Counted from the stretch's first letter, positions 41,278 to 53,736 are shown. The stretch: DNA of 64,000 nt from an uncultured delta proteobacterium (GCA_963729715.1 CAVSPA010000006.1:438528-502527), one strand, 5' to 3'. Program-made: numbers and translations. The notes: a model not told the origin generated them from the letters alone.

Positions 41278-41460
41278 CTACCAATCAATTCCGTGACTTC
41301 TTAAAAAATCTTGAGACGCTTTACTACCTAATCTTGAAGCTATTCTAAAATCTTCTATCGCCTGATTGCGGTTGCCAAGGCTGTTATAAGCAATTCCTCG
41401 GTTCTTATAGGCCTCTGCATACTTCGGGTTAATATCGATGGCTCTGTTGAAATCCCCAAT
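41278..41460 (-). pseudogene. C-terminal fragment of a TPR protein (no start codon)
   Basis: Manual translation: GDFNRAIDINPKYAEAYKNRGIAYNSLGNRNQAIEDFRIASRLGSKASQDFLRSHGIDW*. Confidence 0.75.
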
Positions 41461-41771
41461 CGAAATGACACTGCTGATGAGCTCGGCATTGATATAGAAA
41501 AGAGGTAATTATGAAGGCCGATCGACTAGAACGAATGTACAGGATGAGGCTTTCAGGCGCCCGCCAGATTTAACTGATATCTTCTTTGTCGCGGGAGTCA
41601 GCACATTCATTCATGTATTATTGATTTGTCTTTTATGTATATTAAGAAAATTTTCACATTTATTCAAGGAAAAAGTCTTTGTATGTCATGACAAGAGTAT
41701 GTGGTGGCAACGGAGTTCGGTTTCCGCGGTTCGTTTAAGGCGTGCATTGAGGAAAGGCTTAGAAATATAGA

Positions 41772-41827
41772 AAGGGATTTCGCAAAACACGAAATCCCTT
41801 GAATTGTGGCTCCCCGAGCGGGACTCT
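41772..41827 (-). repeat. att scar 1: hairpin plus degenerate tRNA-Asn 3' end (outer island boundary)
   Basis: AAGGGATTTCG..CGAAATCCCTT then TGGCTCCCCGAGCGGGACTC versus tRNA TGGCTCCCCGGCGCGGACTC. Confidence 0.8.
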
Positions 41828-42373
41828 AAGCAAAACCAGATCGGGATCAGGCATGTCTATAAGTTCATCATGATACCAATGCAAAGACACAATATAAGAA
41901 CGGCGTATTCGTATATATCAGAGAAGTTCCTAGCTGCAATACATATTCCCTTCATTTTTATCAGAAAGGGTTTCCCATTTTAAAAGTCTCGATAGATGTA
42001 TAGCAGGGAGGCACTTGATGCGAAGAAATTTATCCGGGATCGTTACAGAGGCAAAAAGATCTTGGCCTCGCAGATGTTTCCCTGTTGATTTGGTATGGGA
42101 AATGCACATCTCCTTGATGAGACTAAAAGTAATTATTGAATAGGCAATAATGTTCTAATTCAGGCAGATGACGGGAAAAAATTGCTGAGAGCGTTTGCCT
42201 GTCAGTGTCGATAGAAAATGCCTCCATTATGAAATTATAGGCGTTGTCCGGATTGAATTTACAAAACGTGATTGTCAAATATCTCACGGCCCTGTATGAA
42301 TTTATGAAAATAGGGCACTGATATTATTTTGCGACTTTGCCTCCTTGTACAGCTTTACTGGCACAAGGCCAAT

Positions 42374-43879
42374 ATGCAGGTATCAAATATGAATTCTTTC
42401 CAGCAGATTTTGAAGGTGGCGTCTGAACTTCATAGCGCCGGACGCCATCAAGAGGCAGAAACGATATCCCGCCTTTTAATAAAGATCAATCCACATGATG
42501 GCCAGTTGCTGTTCATGCTGGGAATGGTTTTGCAACGAACAGGCCGGAGCCAGGAAGCCCTGAAATATTTGGAACAAGCGGCGGAGCTTCAGCCGCAATC
42601 GGCCCCGATTTTCGACGGACTCGGGTTCGTTCATCAAAGTCTACAGGATTATGCGCGTGCGGTGGAAAATCATGCAAAGGCAGTCGAACTGGGACTGCAG
42701 ACCGCCGGCACTTTTTACAGCATGGGCTATGCCTGTTACAAACTCGGTGATTTGGAACAGGCGGTTTTACTTTTTCAAAAGGCCGTGGAGTTGAATCCAC
42801 ATTATGCGGCAAACTGGCATAATCTCGCTAAATGTCTGAAGGATTCACACCGGCTGGAGGAATCCCTCGTGGCCTACGATCGCGCATTGGCGGTCGATCC
42901 TAATTGTTTTCAGGCACATTATGGCCGTGCCATTTCCCTGCTGACGGGGGGCCGATTGCAGGAGGGATTTCGCGAACATAATAAATGGCGCAACCATGGC
43001 CGCACGCCCCGCCAGTTTTCCCAGCCAGCCTGGAATGGGGAACCTATTCCCAGCAAAACATTATTCCTGCATGCGGAACAGGGATTTGGCGATGCGATTC
43101 AAACCGTGCGATTTGTCCGGCAGGCACGTGAACGCGCGGCGAATGTCATTCTCGAATGCCGGCCGGAACTGAAGACGTTGTTCTCCAGCTCCGGTTGTGC
43201 CGATGTCGTCATTGCTTACGGTGAAGCGATTCCGCCATTCGATTGTTTTACTTCGTTATTAAGTTTGCCTGGCATTCTGGGCACCACAATGCATACGATT
43301 CCCAATGAAACGCCGTATTTGAAAGTAGCCACGTGCGCGCATTTGCCGCCGGCACCGTCCGGGCATTTAAAGGTAGGGCTGGCCTGGGCGGGCAATCCGT
43401 CACATCACAATGATGCCGCGCGTTCGATTCGCTTGGAGGAACTCGCTCCGCTTTTCCAAACGGCCGATGCCACTTTTTATAGCCTGCAAGTGCCGGTACC
43501 CGCTCGCGATGAAGTGTGCTTTCGATCTTTGGGCAAACTGTTGGATGTGAGCGAACGTTTAAAAGATTTTCTGGACACGGCGGCGGCAATTGTGGCGATG
43601 GATTTGGTCATTGCAGTTGACACTGCCGTTGCTCATCTTGCCGGTGCACTCGCTAAACCGACCTGGACCTTAATCGCTTATTCGCCGGACTGGCGGTGGC
43701 TTATGGATCGTCCAGATACGCCCTGGTATCCAACCATGCGTTTGTTTCGGCAGGCTCAAAGAGGTCAGTGGCAACCGGTCATTCTGCAAGTGGTTGAAGC
43801 ATTGGGTCATTTCACGGAAGGCGTTACATCTTACCCGTCCTCCGTTGGTGAAGAGAGTGAAGGGGAGATAAATATTTAG
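42374..43879 (+). CDS. TPR-repeat protein with C-terminal GT9-like glycosyltransferase domain
   Basis: TPRs, AEQGFGDAIQ, GLAWAGNP, DLVIAVDTAVAHLAGAL, DWRW, PWYPTMRLFRQ. Confidence 0.9.
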   Translation: MQVSNMNSFQQILKVASELHSAGRHQEAETISRLLIKINPHDGQLLFMLGMVLQRTGRSQEALKYLEQAAELQPQSAPIFDGLGFVHQSLQDYARAVENHAKAVELGLQTAGTFYSMGYACYKLGDLEQAVLLFQKAVELNPHYAANWHNLAKCLKDSHRLEESLVAYDRALAVDPNCFQAHYGRAISLLTGGRLQEGFREHNKWRNHGRTPRQFSQPAWNGEPIPSKTLFLHAEQGFGDAIQTVRFVRQARERAANVILECRPELKTLFSSSGCADVVIAYGEAIPPFDCFTSLLSLPGILGTTMHTIPNETPYLKVATCAHLPPAPSGHLKVGLAWAGNPSHHNDAARSIRLEELAPLFQTADATFYSLQVPVPARDEVCFRSLGKLLDVSERLKDFLDTAAAIVAMDLVIAVDTAVAHLAGALAKPTWTLIAYSPDWRWLMDRPDTPWYPTMRLFRQAQRGQWQPVILQVVEALGHFTEGVTSYPSSVGEESEGEINI

Positions 43880-43905
43880 ATTTTAATTCTTTGAAAAATA
43901 AAATA

Positions 43906-44017
43906 TGACGAAATCGTAAAAAGGCAAAATCTCGAAAATCAGTCTTGTAACATAATGATTTTATTAATACCTATTTTCGAAAAATGCCGGGTTGGTGACT
44001 TTTTTACGAGGCCGCCA
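43906..44017. mobile_element. MITE-like element (~112 bp)
   Basis: Terminal IRs TGACGAAATCGTAAAAA / TTTTTACGAGGCCGCCA; internal TCGAAAAT..ATTTTCGA. Confidence 0.65.
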
Positions 44018-44093
44018 AGTATATTCTGAGAAATACTTTTAAAATACCAGATTGATATATTAACCGTTGGGCAGGGGAAAGAAGGACTACATT

Positions 44094-44691
44094 ATGATAA
44101 GGCTGCAGAATCTATATGATGCAGAGGAAATATTTCGTTTGGTAGAAAAGAACTGATCGCGACTCCGAATGGTTTCCTTGGCTTGATTCCACCAAGACGG
44201 CCGCTGATGTCAGGTTACTCATCACTAAGGCATTGATTGGACACGCAGCGGGAAACCGTTTTGATAACGTGATCATTACGGACAGTCAGATCGTTGGTCT
44301 TGTCGTGCTCGACTGGATAAATCATGGCAATAAATCTGCCGGTGTCAAATACTGGATTGATATCGATGCGAGAGGTAAGGGTATTCTAACTTGCGCTGTG
44401 GTTGATCTCATAGAAATAGCGTTTGGCTCTATCGGCATGCATCGAATTGAAATCCGTGCTGCAACAGGCAATGCGAAAAGCTGCGCTGTTGCCATGCGGT
44501 TAGGCATGCGACTTGAAGGGACAATCAAGGATGCTGAGTGGCTATATGACCATTATGTTGATCACAATATATATGCCGTAACCAAACCTGAGTGGGAATT
44601 GCCGAATCGGGTAGCCCGGGGGTTTTTCTCCCCCAGGGTAAGTGGTCGCACACCTTGCAGTGCGCAGCCCTCTGTGATTTTAGAAAAATAA
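44094..44691 (+). pseudogene. RimJ/RimL-type GNAT acetyltransferase, disrupted
   Basis: MIRLQNLYDAEEIFRLVEKN* then frameshift to EWFPWL..; YWI..RGKGI, HRIEIRAATGNAKS..RLG. Confidence 0.8.
44606..44651 (-). mobile_element. Group II intron 3'-end (domain VI) remnant
   Basis: Minus strand CCTGGGGGAGAAAAACCCCCGGGCTACCCGAT: DVI-like hairpin and class C-like terminus. Confidence 0.55.
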
Positions 44692-44771
44692 GGCGTAGTG
44701 CCAGCAAAACAAGCGTACGACGGTAATCTCTGAAAACCAATCTTTTTATAACCCATAAAGGAGGTTTTGTT

Positions 44772-45320
44772 ATGGCAATCGATGCAGTATCTTCCAGTTC
44801 CAATTTATACTCAACAAATGCAACGCAGAACAATTTTCAGCAGATACGCAAGCTTTTGGAGCAGCTGGGACAGGCGTTGCAATCAGGTGATCTGAGTGGA
44901 GCTCAAAACACCTTTTCTTCATTGCAGCAGTTGCTCCCCAGTTCTTCTGCGAATCAGGCGCAAACCACACAGCAAACTAACCAAAACACTTTCATGGCCG
45001 ATTTGAATGCACTCGGTCAAGCGCTCCAATCGGGTGACCTGTCGAAGGCGCAGGAGGCGTTTTCAAAACTGCAGCAGGATATGCAGGCGGCTCATAAAGG
45101 GTATCACCACCACAAAGCGGATAATTCACAGAATTCCATCTCCAGTTCAAACCAGACAAATGGAATGCAAGCCAATTTTCAGCAGATGAGCACGTATTTT
45201 AATCAGTTGGGTCAGGCGTTGCAATCAGGTGATCTGAGTGGAGCTCAGAAGGCCTTTGCTTCTTTGCAGCAATTGCTGCCCAGTTCTTCTGAGAACACGA
45301 ACCTCAATATAGTAGCTTGA
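44772..45320 (+). CDS. Q/S-rich protein with three LGQALQSGDLSxAQ repeats
   Basis: AAGGAGG RBS; internal repeats visible in both protein and DNA. Confidence 0.85.
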   Translation: MAIDAVSSSSNLYSTNATQNNFQQIRKLLEQLGQALQSGDLSGAQNTFSSLQQLLPSSSANQAQTTQQTNQNTFMADLNALGQALQSGDLSKAQEAFSKLQQDMQAAHKGYHHHKADNSQNSISSSNQTNGMQANFQQMSTYFNQLGQALQSGDLSGAQKAFASLQQLLPSSSENTNLNIVA

Positions 45321-45707
45321 TGTCATTGGACAGCTAAAGACGAACTCCTGCGCCTGAGAGCCTGTTATCCTTTTTCTTTGCGTGACAGAAGATCTGATAC
45401 ATTGCAGGGGCAACAAGATGATTACAATTTGCAATGATGACTATTTTCCGTAAATGTCTGATCGTAGACTCCAGTCGATAGGGATTGTCGTTTGCAAGGC
45501 TGTATGTAGGAAGGCATCTCCGGAGGAAGCAAGTCGGATTCTATATGAGCAGAAAATGAACTGTCACACCTTTGCATGTTTCTATCCGTTATCAATGAAC
45601 TAGTCCCGTTATTGGAACTGACGAATTGAATTTGAAAGCTTGGATCTCACCTTGCATGCAGTTCTCATTGAGAAAAAGAAGAATATTTTGTTTTTTGGCA
45701 TCACTTA

Positions 45708-46827
45708 CCAATCAGAGCATAAAATAGATTGCAATATTCATTTTTTCATGCTATTATTTCGGCATGAAAATCAAAGACGCACGTTCTCTTCCCGCCTTTG
45801 CCCAGGAGGACCTTCGAATGAAGGCCGTCAAGGCGGTACAGGAAGGGAAAAAGCAGGTTGAAGTCGCCGAATTGTTCGGCGTAACGAGACAAGCGGTCGG
45901 CAGATGGGTCACGTCGTATCGAGAAGGAGGAAGCCGCCGACTCAAGGCCCGCCGTCAAGGGAGACCGCCGGGACGGTCGTTGGAGCCTTGGCAGGCGGCC
46001 CAGACCGTTCGGGCCATCACCGACCGGCACCCAGATCAATTGAAGCTGCCCTTTTACCTTTGGACGCGGGAGGCCGTGGCTGAGCTCATTTATGAGCGCT
46101 ACGGCCTCCTCTTGTCGATTTGGACGGTGGGTCGCTACCTGAGGGATTGGGGGTTTCCGCCTCAGAAGCCGTTGCACCGTGCCTTTGAGAAGGACCCGCA
46201 GGCGGTTAGCCGTTGGCTTGAGGAGGACTATCCCGCCATCCGGGCGCAAGCCAAGAAAGAAAAGGCCCAGATTTACTGGGGAGACGAGATGGGGATGCGT
46301 TCCGACCATCAAACCGGCACCACCTATGGCCGCAAGGGGGAGCCCCCCGTGATTCCAGGCACGGGGCAGCGGGTTCGCTGCAACATGATCACGGCCATCA
46401 CCAACCGAGGCAAGCTCTATTTCATGGTGTATCGAAAAGGATTTTCGGCCAAGGTGTTCATCGCCTTTCTCCGGCGACTGGTGCGGCAGGTCGACGGGAC
46501 GTTGTTTATGATCGTTGATGGGCATCCGGTGCATCGCTCGAAGGAAGCGAAAAATTGGGTGGTGAAGCAAAAGAGACGGATCCGCCTGTTTTTCCTGCCC
46601 GGCTACAGTCCGGAACTGAATCCCGATGAGATGTTGAATCAGGACGTCAAATCCAATGCGGTGGGCCGAAAACGCCGCCGCAACCAGGACGAGATGATGC
46701 ACACTGTCCGAGGTTTTCTTCGCAGCCGTCAGAAACGCCCAACGCAGGTTAAAAAATACTTTCAGGAAAAACATGTGCAATATGCCACTCGCTGATTAAA
46801 ATGGAACCTATTTTTCGCTCCCGGTAA
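45708..46827 (+). mobile_element. IS630-family element (1120 bp) with TA target duplication
   Basis: TA at 45706-45707 and 46828-46829; imperfect IRs; homologous empty site at 54332-54346. Confidence 0.92.
45764..46795 (+). CDS. IS630-family transposase
   Basis: HTH, WGDEMG, IVDGHPVH, LPGYSPELNPDE. Confidence 0.95.
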   Translation: MKIKDARSLPAFAQEDLRMKAVKAVQEGKKQVEVAELFGVTRQAVGRWVTSYREGGSRRLKARRQGRPPGRSLEPWQAAQTVRAITDRHPDQLKLPFYLWTREAVAELIYERYGLLLSIWTVGRYLRDWGFPPQKPLHRAFEKDPQAVSRWLEEDYPAIRAQAKKEKAQIYWGDEMGMRSDHQTGTTYGRKGEPPVIPGTGQRVRCNMITAITNRGKLYFMVYRKGFSAKVFIAFLRRLVRQVDGTLFMIVDGHPVHRSKEAKNWVVKQKRRIRLFFLPGYSPELNPDEMLNQDVKSNAVGRKRRRNQDEMMHTVRGFLRSRQKRPTQVKKYFQEKHVQYATR

Positions 46828-46907
46828 TAACATCCATGAATCGACGATTGTTTTATTCTTCAAGATAACAAAAGCCGGGAGAGGATGGGGACTAGATTTT
46901 AAACTGA

Positions 46908-46967
46908 CAAGGGGTTAACCGTTCATTAGCTAACCCCTTGATTGTGTGTGGCTCGCCGGGACGTACA
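46908..46967 (-). repeat. att scar 2: hairpin plus degenerate tRNA-Asn 3' end
   Basis: CAAGGGGTTA..TAACCCCTTG then TGGCTCGCCGGGACGTACA. Confidence 0.8.
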
Positions 46968-47054
46968 GTTGTAAAAATTTCACCTCCACAGTCCTATTTC
47001 AATGGACACGTGCACTTAGAGCTAATTGAGCAGTTCACCTTGTATAATCAAAAT

Positions 47055-49622
<2,568 letters not shown>

Positions 49623-49752
49623 GAATCGGGCTGTTAAAATACTACTTGACGTGAAACACAGTTGCTACCAACAAACAGTGGACACTTGCTAACTAAATTG
49701 TAGATTAACAAAAGAAGGGTGTATGGCTGTGCTCCATAAATGAGCAAATAAC

Positions 49753-50247
49753 CTATTTGGCGGAACGCACCGGGAGCGCCCGGCTGTAGTATTCGATAGA
49801 CTGGTGACTCCAGTTCTGTTTTCCAGAGTAGAAATCGAAGTTGGCGGCATCAGAACCGCGTTTTTCTGAAGCCCATACCCAAGCACACGTAAGATGAATC
49901 AATTCCGTTAAATCAACACTATATCCACAGTCGGACTTATAATTCTTAGTCCCGTTATACAACTTCGCTAGCTCATCCTGATATGGCATCCGCCAATCCG
50001 TATAACCGCCCCCGCGATAATTCTCGCAATACATCTTGGCACTTTGCCAGTTAATATTCGCCCCGTTGTCCCTAGACGCCCACATCAGGTTCGTACTCGT
50101 GTCCAGAACCGTCCCATTGTCATAGGCGATAAAACGACCGTCCTTGCCAGTCTCCCTTGCTGTGGCATACTTTGCCGTAATAAAGGCTCCTATTAAAATA
50201 GCCACCACCATTGCCGTAATGAAGAAACCTTTTCTCAACTCAGTCAT
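49753..50247 (-). CDS. Exported Lcl/DUF1566-domain protein
   Basis: Signal/TM segment, DNGTVLDTSTNLMW, GGYTDWRMP, terminal LPVR. Confidence 0.85.
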   Translation of the reverse strand: MTELRKGFFITAMVVAILIGAFITAKYATARETGKDGRFIAYDNGTVLDTSTNLMWASRDNGANINWQSAKMYCENYRGGGYTDWRMPYQDELAKLYNGTKNYKSDCGYSVDLTELIHLTCAWVWASEKRGSDAANFDFYSGKQNWSHQSIEYYSRALPVRSAK

Positions 50248-50385
50248 AAGTTAAACTTCCCCTCACAAAGCAATTATCCAAGTTTCAATCATGCATATCA
50301 TAGTTATCGAGGAATTAACATCAATGATTTGGACTAGAAGTCTTGCATCTTTGCCGAGATTGACGGTTTGTGTATAGCAGGAAGG

Positions 50386-50558
50386 AAGTAATACCCGAGT
50401 TGTTATTGTCTATTGGATCGGGATTTGGCCGGAGAATTTTCCAATATAAAAGTTCTTACAGGCGTACGTGTTGGGGTCTAATGATAACAACAATGCTTAT
50501 GATATGAATTTTTGAGCTGTAAGATATAGGACCGAAATTACGAGGATAATTACAAAAT
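50386..50558. repeat. 173-bp direct repeat, copy 1
   Basis: Matches 51824-51996 except 2 substitutions. Confidence 0.95.
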
Positions 50559-50613
50559 AAAAGGGTCCAATTCTCAAGATTGGAACCCTTATTTTGGCTC
50601 CAAGGGACGTACA
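50553..50613 (-). repeat. att scar 3: hairpin plus degenerate tRNA-Asn 3' end
   Basis: CAAAATAAAAGGGTCCAAT..ATTGGAACCCTTATTTTG then TGGCTCCAAGGGACGTACA. Confidence 0.7.
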
Positions 50614-50801
50614 ACAGCAAGAACTTTTCATCTACTGTATTATTCCAACATAAAAGAGTACTTAGCGCAAATTGGGCGATACCCCTACAAACAAATGATT
50701 TTGCATAGTTGGAGTGACTGAAGATTATCAATTGAAATGTTTTAACGATGCCCATCTGGCGCGTAAGCGAGCATAGCAAAAATCGTTAAAACTATAGCAA
50801 C

Positions 50802-51614
50802 CTATGGAAATTTCTTATTTGTAATCGGTGCCTTTATTACGGGGCTCAGGGTGCAGTTTACCTGATATGATGCCGCCGGCATGGGGAAGGCCATTTGACC
50901 ATTAACGACAAGGGATATCGTGCCCGAATGCGGCGGATCTTTGTATTGACCGGAGCTCTGCCCACCCACAATAAAACCCATCGGACCGACTTCCTGGATG
51001 ACCGGGGTACTAGGGGTCAACTTGCCCCCCGGGGCGGTCTGACCGTCAGACAGAAGCCACGAATAGTTCACAGTTGTGCCCGGGACAAAGAAGGCCCGTA
51101 TCCTGGCATATGCTAAAACGGTTTTCGGGCAGGCCCCTGAATAACTCTCAGGGTCGGTTCTTACCGAAGCGAAAATACCGTTGCTGCCCTTAATAAGGAC
51201 AGTAAACTCAACAGGGGGGCTCCAGTCGCTCATAGCGGTCGGCGGCGGCATCATGTTGTTGGGCTGCCCAAGCGTACACCTGGCCCGGGCGTATGCCCTC
51301 CATTGGCCGGGCCGGTTTTCGGTTATCGAACCTTGAGTCCACGTGTCCTCCACAGCAAGATTGGCCACCTGCGTGACATTGTCCGTCGTGTAAGGTGGAT
51401 CGGGACTGAACAAGTTGACATAGATGTTCTTGAATTCAAATTTGAAATCGATCGTGACCCCTTTTGCATGATTAACCTGAAGGTAGATCTGGTCCCCGGT
51501 CCAAAAAACATGATTGTCATTTATGGTGATCAGCGGCATAGGGCAATCGGCAGATGCTGATCCAGCAATAATACCGATGAAAATGAAAACAAAAATCAGG
51601 CTCTTGCGTATCAT
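50802..51614 (-). CDS. Secreted hypothetical protein (Pro-rich, Ig-like beta character)
   Basis: GGAGGAGG RBS, signal peptide ending ASA-DC, SDWSPPVEFTV. Confidence 0.8.
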   Translation of the reverse strand: MIRKSLIFVFIFIGIIAGSASADCPMPLITINDNHVFWTGDQIYLQVNHAKGVTIDFKFEFKNIYVNLFSPDPPYTTDNVTQVANLAVEDTWTQGSITENRPGQWRAYARARCTLGQPNNMMPPPTAMSDWSPPVEFTVLIKGSNGIFASVRTDPESYSGACPKTVLAYARIRAFFVPGTTVNYSWLLSDGQTAPGGKLTPSTPVIQEVGPMGFIVGGQSSGQYKDPPHSGTISLVVNGQMAFPMPAASYQVNCTLSPVIKAPITNKKFP

Positions 51615-51823
51615 GGTATAACCTCCTCCCCCTTTACATGAAACACAAAACCCCGCACTCTATTGAGAAACGGGGTTTCAATAATTAGTCCATACTACCC
51701 TCGCACAAGGTTGAAGGGTTTATGAATCATAATCTCTGACGTTACATATGTATTGTTTGACTATCACAATTCCCATGTGAAATCTACAATGAAAATTAAA
51801 GATGGCAGTTTGTTGACTTCAGC

Positions 51824-51996
51824 AAGTAATACCCGAGTTGTTATTGTCTATTGGATCGGGATTTGGCCGGAGAATTTTCCAATATAAAAGTTCTTACAGG
51901 CGTACGTGTTGGGGTCTAATGATAACAACAATGCTTATGATATGAATTTTTGAGCTGTAAGATATAGGACCGAAATTACAAGGATAATTCCAAAAT
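51824..51996. repeat. 173-bp direct repeat, copy 2
   Basis: Near-identical to 50386-50558. Confidence 0.95.
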
Positions 51997-52425
51997 GTTT
52001 TAGGGCACAATTTTTCCTTTTTAATGATTCCAGTGCGGGCGAAAAATCCAAGAACAACATATAGGTTCGAACTGCTAAATCGGTGAAAATAAGTTTTGCT
52101 GAAGCTGTGGGCATAGAAAAATATGCTTCTTTAGCTTAAGCGTAGGTACCTAAGATACATAGGTTCCTTGTTGGATATGCCTTTATTGTATGGATACTCG
52201 ACTTTAAATCCTTACAGTGTTCCATTCGACTAATTCGCTGAATGCCAGTTGAAATGCGCACTACCTGAACTGCCTATTTTTCCGTCAAAGGAAAGTGTGA
52301 ATGCCTTCCTTGTTTTTGGTAGCTTCCATCAGACTGCCAACTTTCAAATGGAAGTCATGAAATATTTATTGTAAAAGAAATGCGTACGGGAATAATAGCT
52401 GATTAATTAAAAGGGAGGCCGTTCA

Positions 52426-52884
52426 ATGAAAACGAGAATCATTCTTTCTTGGACAATCTTTGCGTGTTTAGTTTTATCATTTGTAACTGCCTCTCCTGCA
52501 AAAGCGGCAAACACCACGGAGCAGATTCTAACACAGATAGACGATATTCTTAAGGCAAACCCCTTGAAGGCAACTGATAAGATCCAAGTGATCAATGTAG
52601 TTCAGGACGATACAGTTACCATCAATGTTGTAAGACGGGTTGAAGGGGCAGGGATTAAGCCTCATGTTCACAAAACCCATGATGAAATGCTCTATGTCAT
52701 CAAGGGATCGGGGCAGATGCTTATTAACGGGAAATGGATTGATGTGAAAGCGGGGACTTTTCATTTCAACCCTATGAATAAAGTCCACGCCACCAGAAAT
52801 ACCGGCAAAGAAGATCTAGTGGTACTTGTGATATTCACCCCAGCATTGAAAGAGCCTGATCGGTATTTTGTGGATGAGAAATGA
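52426..52884 (+). CDS. Periplasmic cupin-domain protein
   Basis: Signal peptide; PHVHKTHDEMLYVIKGSG ... PMNKVH. Confidence 0.9.
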   Translation: MKTRIILSWTIFACLVLSFVTASPAKAANTTEQILTQIDDILKANPLKATDKIQVINVVQDDTVTINVVRRVEGAGIKPHVHKTHDEMLYVIKGSGQMLINGKWIDVKAGTFHFNPMNKVHATRNTGKEDLVVLVIFTPALKEPDRYFVDEK

Positions 52885-53337
52885 ACCGTGAAGAAGACCT
52901 GCTTTCAGTACATATTTTGTGAGAGGCTTGTAAGCTAAATCTGGAAAGGCAGGGTTTCAACTTGGCTCTGCCTTTTCTTATCGCACATTTCTACCAATAA
53001 TCATTATCTTTTATAGATAACTTGGAGTAAGCATTAGTAGATGTTAGAAATTTACAGCACAACACGAATTTGATCTGATGACGTTTGCGAATTACGGGAT
53101 GGATGGTGTGATATAAACGAAATCGGTTACGCTTGCTGCTTTCAATAAATAATTAATAACCTCTCGGGACAGTCAGGGGCGTTGATCAGTGTTCTCGCGT
53201 TGCGAGCATCCCTAAATCAAAACCGTAATTTCCTGTTCATTCGCTCCCGCTGGTCCAACATATAAATCCGTTACAAAGATATGGCTGTTTTTCCGGGGAA
53301 TCGTTGTCTATGACCGTGTAGGAAACAAAAAATTGTA

Positions 53338-53366
53338 TTGACTGATGGTAACGTTTAGGATACTAT
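53338..53366 (+). promoter_or_regulatory. Sigma70 promoter of the TA operon
   Basis: TTGACT-17 nt-TACTAT; imperfect palindrome GTAAC..GATAC in the spacer. Confidence 0.7.
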
Positions 53367-53373
53367 ATAATAT

Positions 53374-53736
53374 ATGGGCAACAAATTATTTGAAATTGAA
53401 GAATTTGAAACAAATGGACGATCTCCATTCGGAATATGGTTTGATAGACTAGATTCCGTACCAGCAGCAAAAATTGTAATTGCTTTGACTCGCCTTAAAA
53501 CAGGACAGCATTCAAATGTTAGATCTGTTGGTAGCGGAGTAGCGGAATATAAAATTGATTTTGGTCCCGGGTACCGGATCTATTTTGGCATTGATGGAGA
53601 TAGATTGATAATTCTGCTCTGCGGAGGAGATAAAAAAACACAGAAGAAGGATATTGAGAAGGCAAAACAATATTGGCAGGATTACAAAGATAGAAAGAAG
53701 AAGGAGGTTAAACATGGCTCTTACAAGAAAGTTTAA
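53374..53736 (+). CDS. Type II toxin, RelE/ParE/HigB-like addiction module killer
   Basis: GRSPF..WF, EYKIDFGPGYRIYF, LLCGGDKKTQ..DI. Confidence 0.92.
   Translation: MGNKLFEIEEFETNGRSPFGIWFDRLDSVPAAKIVIALTRLKTGQHSNVRSVGSGVAEYKIDFGPGYRIYFGIDGDRLIILLCGGDKKTQKKDIEKAKQYWQDYKDRKKKEVKHGSYKKV

Larger units (their letters stand above)
45542..46948 (+). repeat. att-proximal conserved segment, copy B (split by IS630)
   Basis: 45542-45707 plus 46830-46948 align colinearly with 54171-54460. Confidence 0.9.

Noticed and set aside
45746..46780. 344-aa minus-strand ORF
   Set aside because: Antisense shadow of the IS630 transposase
49753..50247. Lcl/DUF1566 gene as a DGR target
   Set aside because: No reverse transcriptase and no adenine-variant template repeat of its 3' end in the window
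50456..50779. 107-aa minus-strand ORF
   Set aside because: Crosses the repeat, hairpin and scar; the codon-level conservation lies on the plus strand instead
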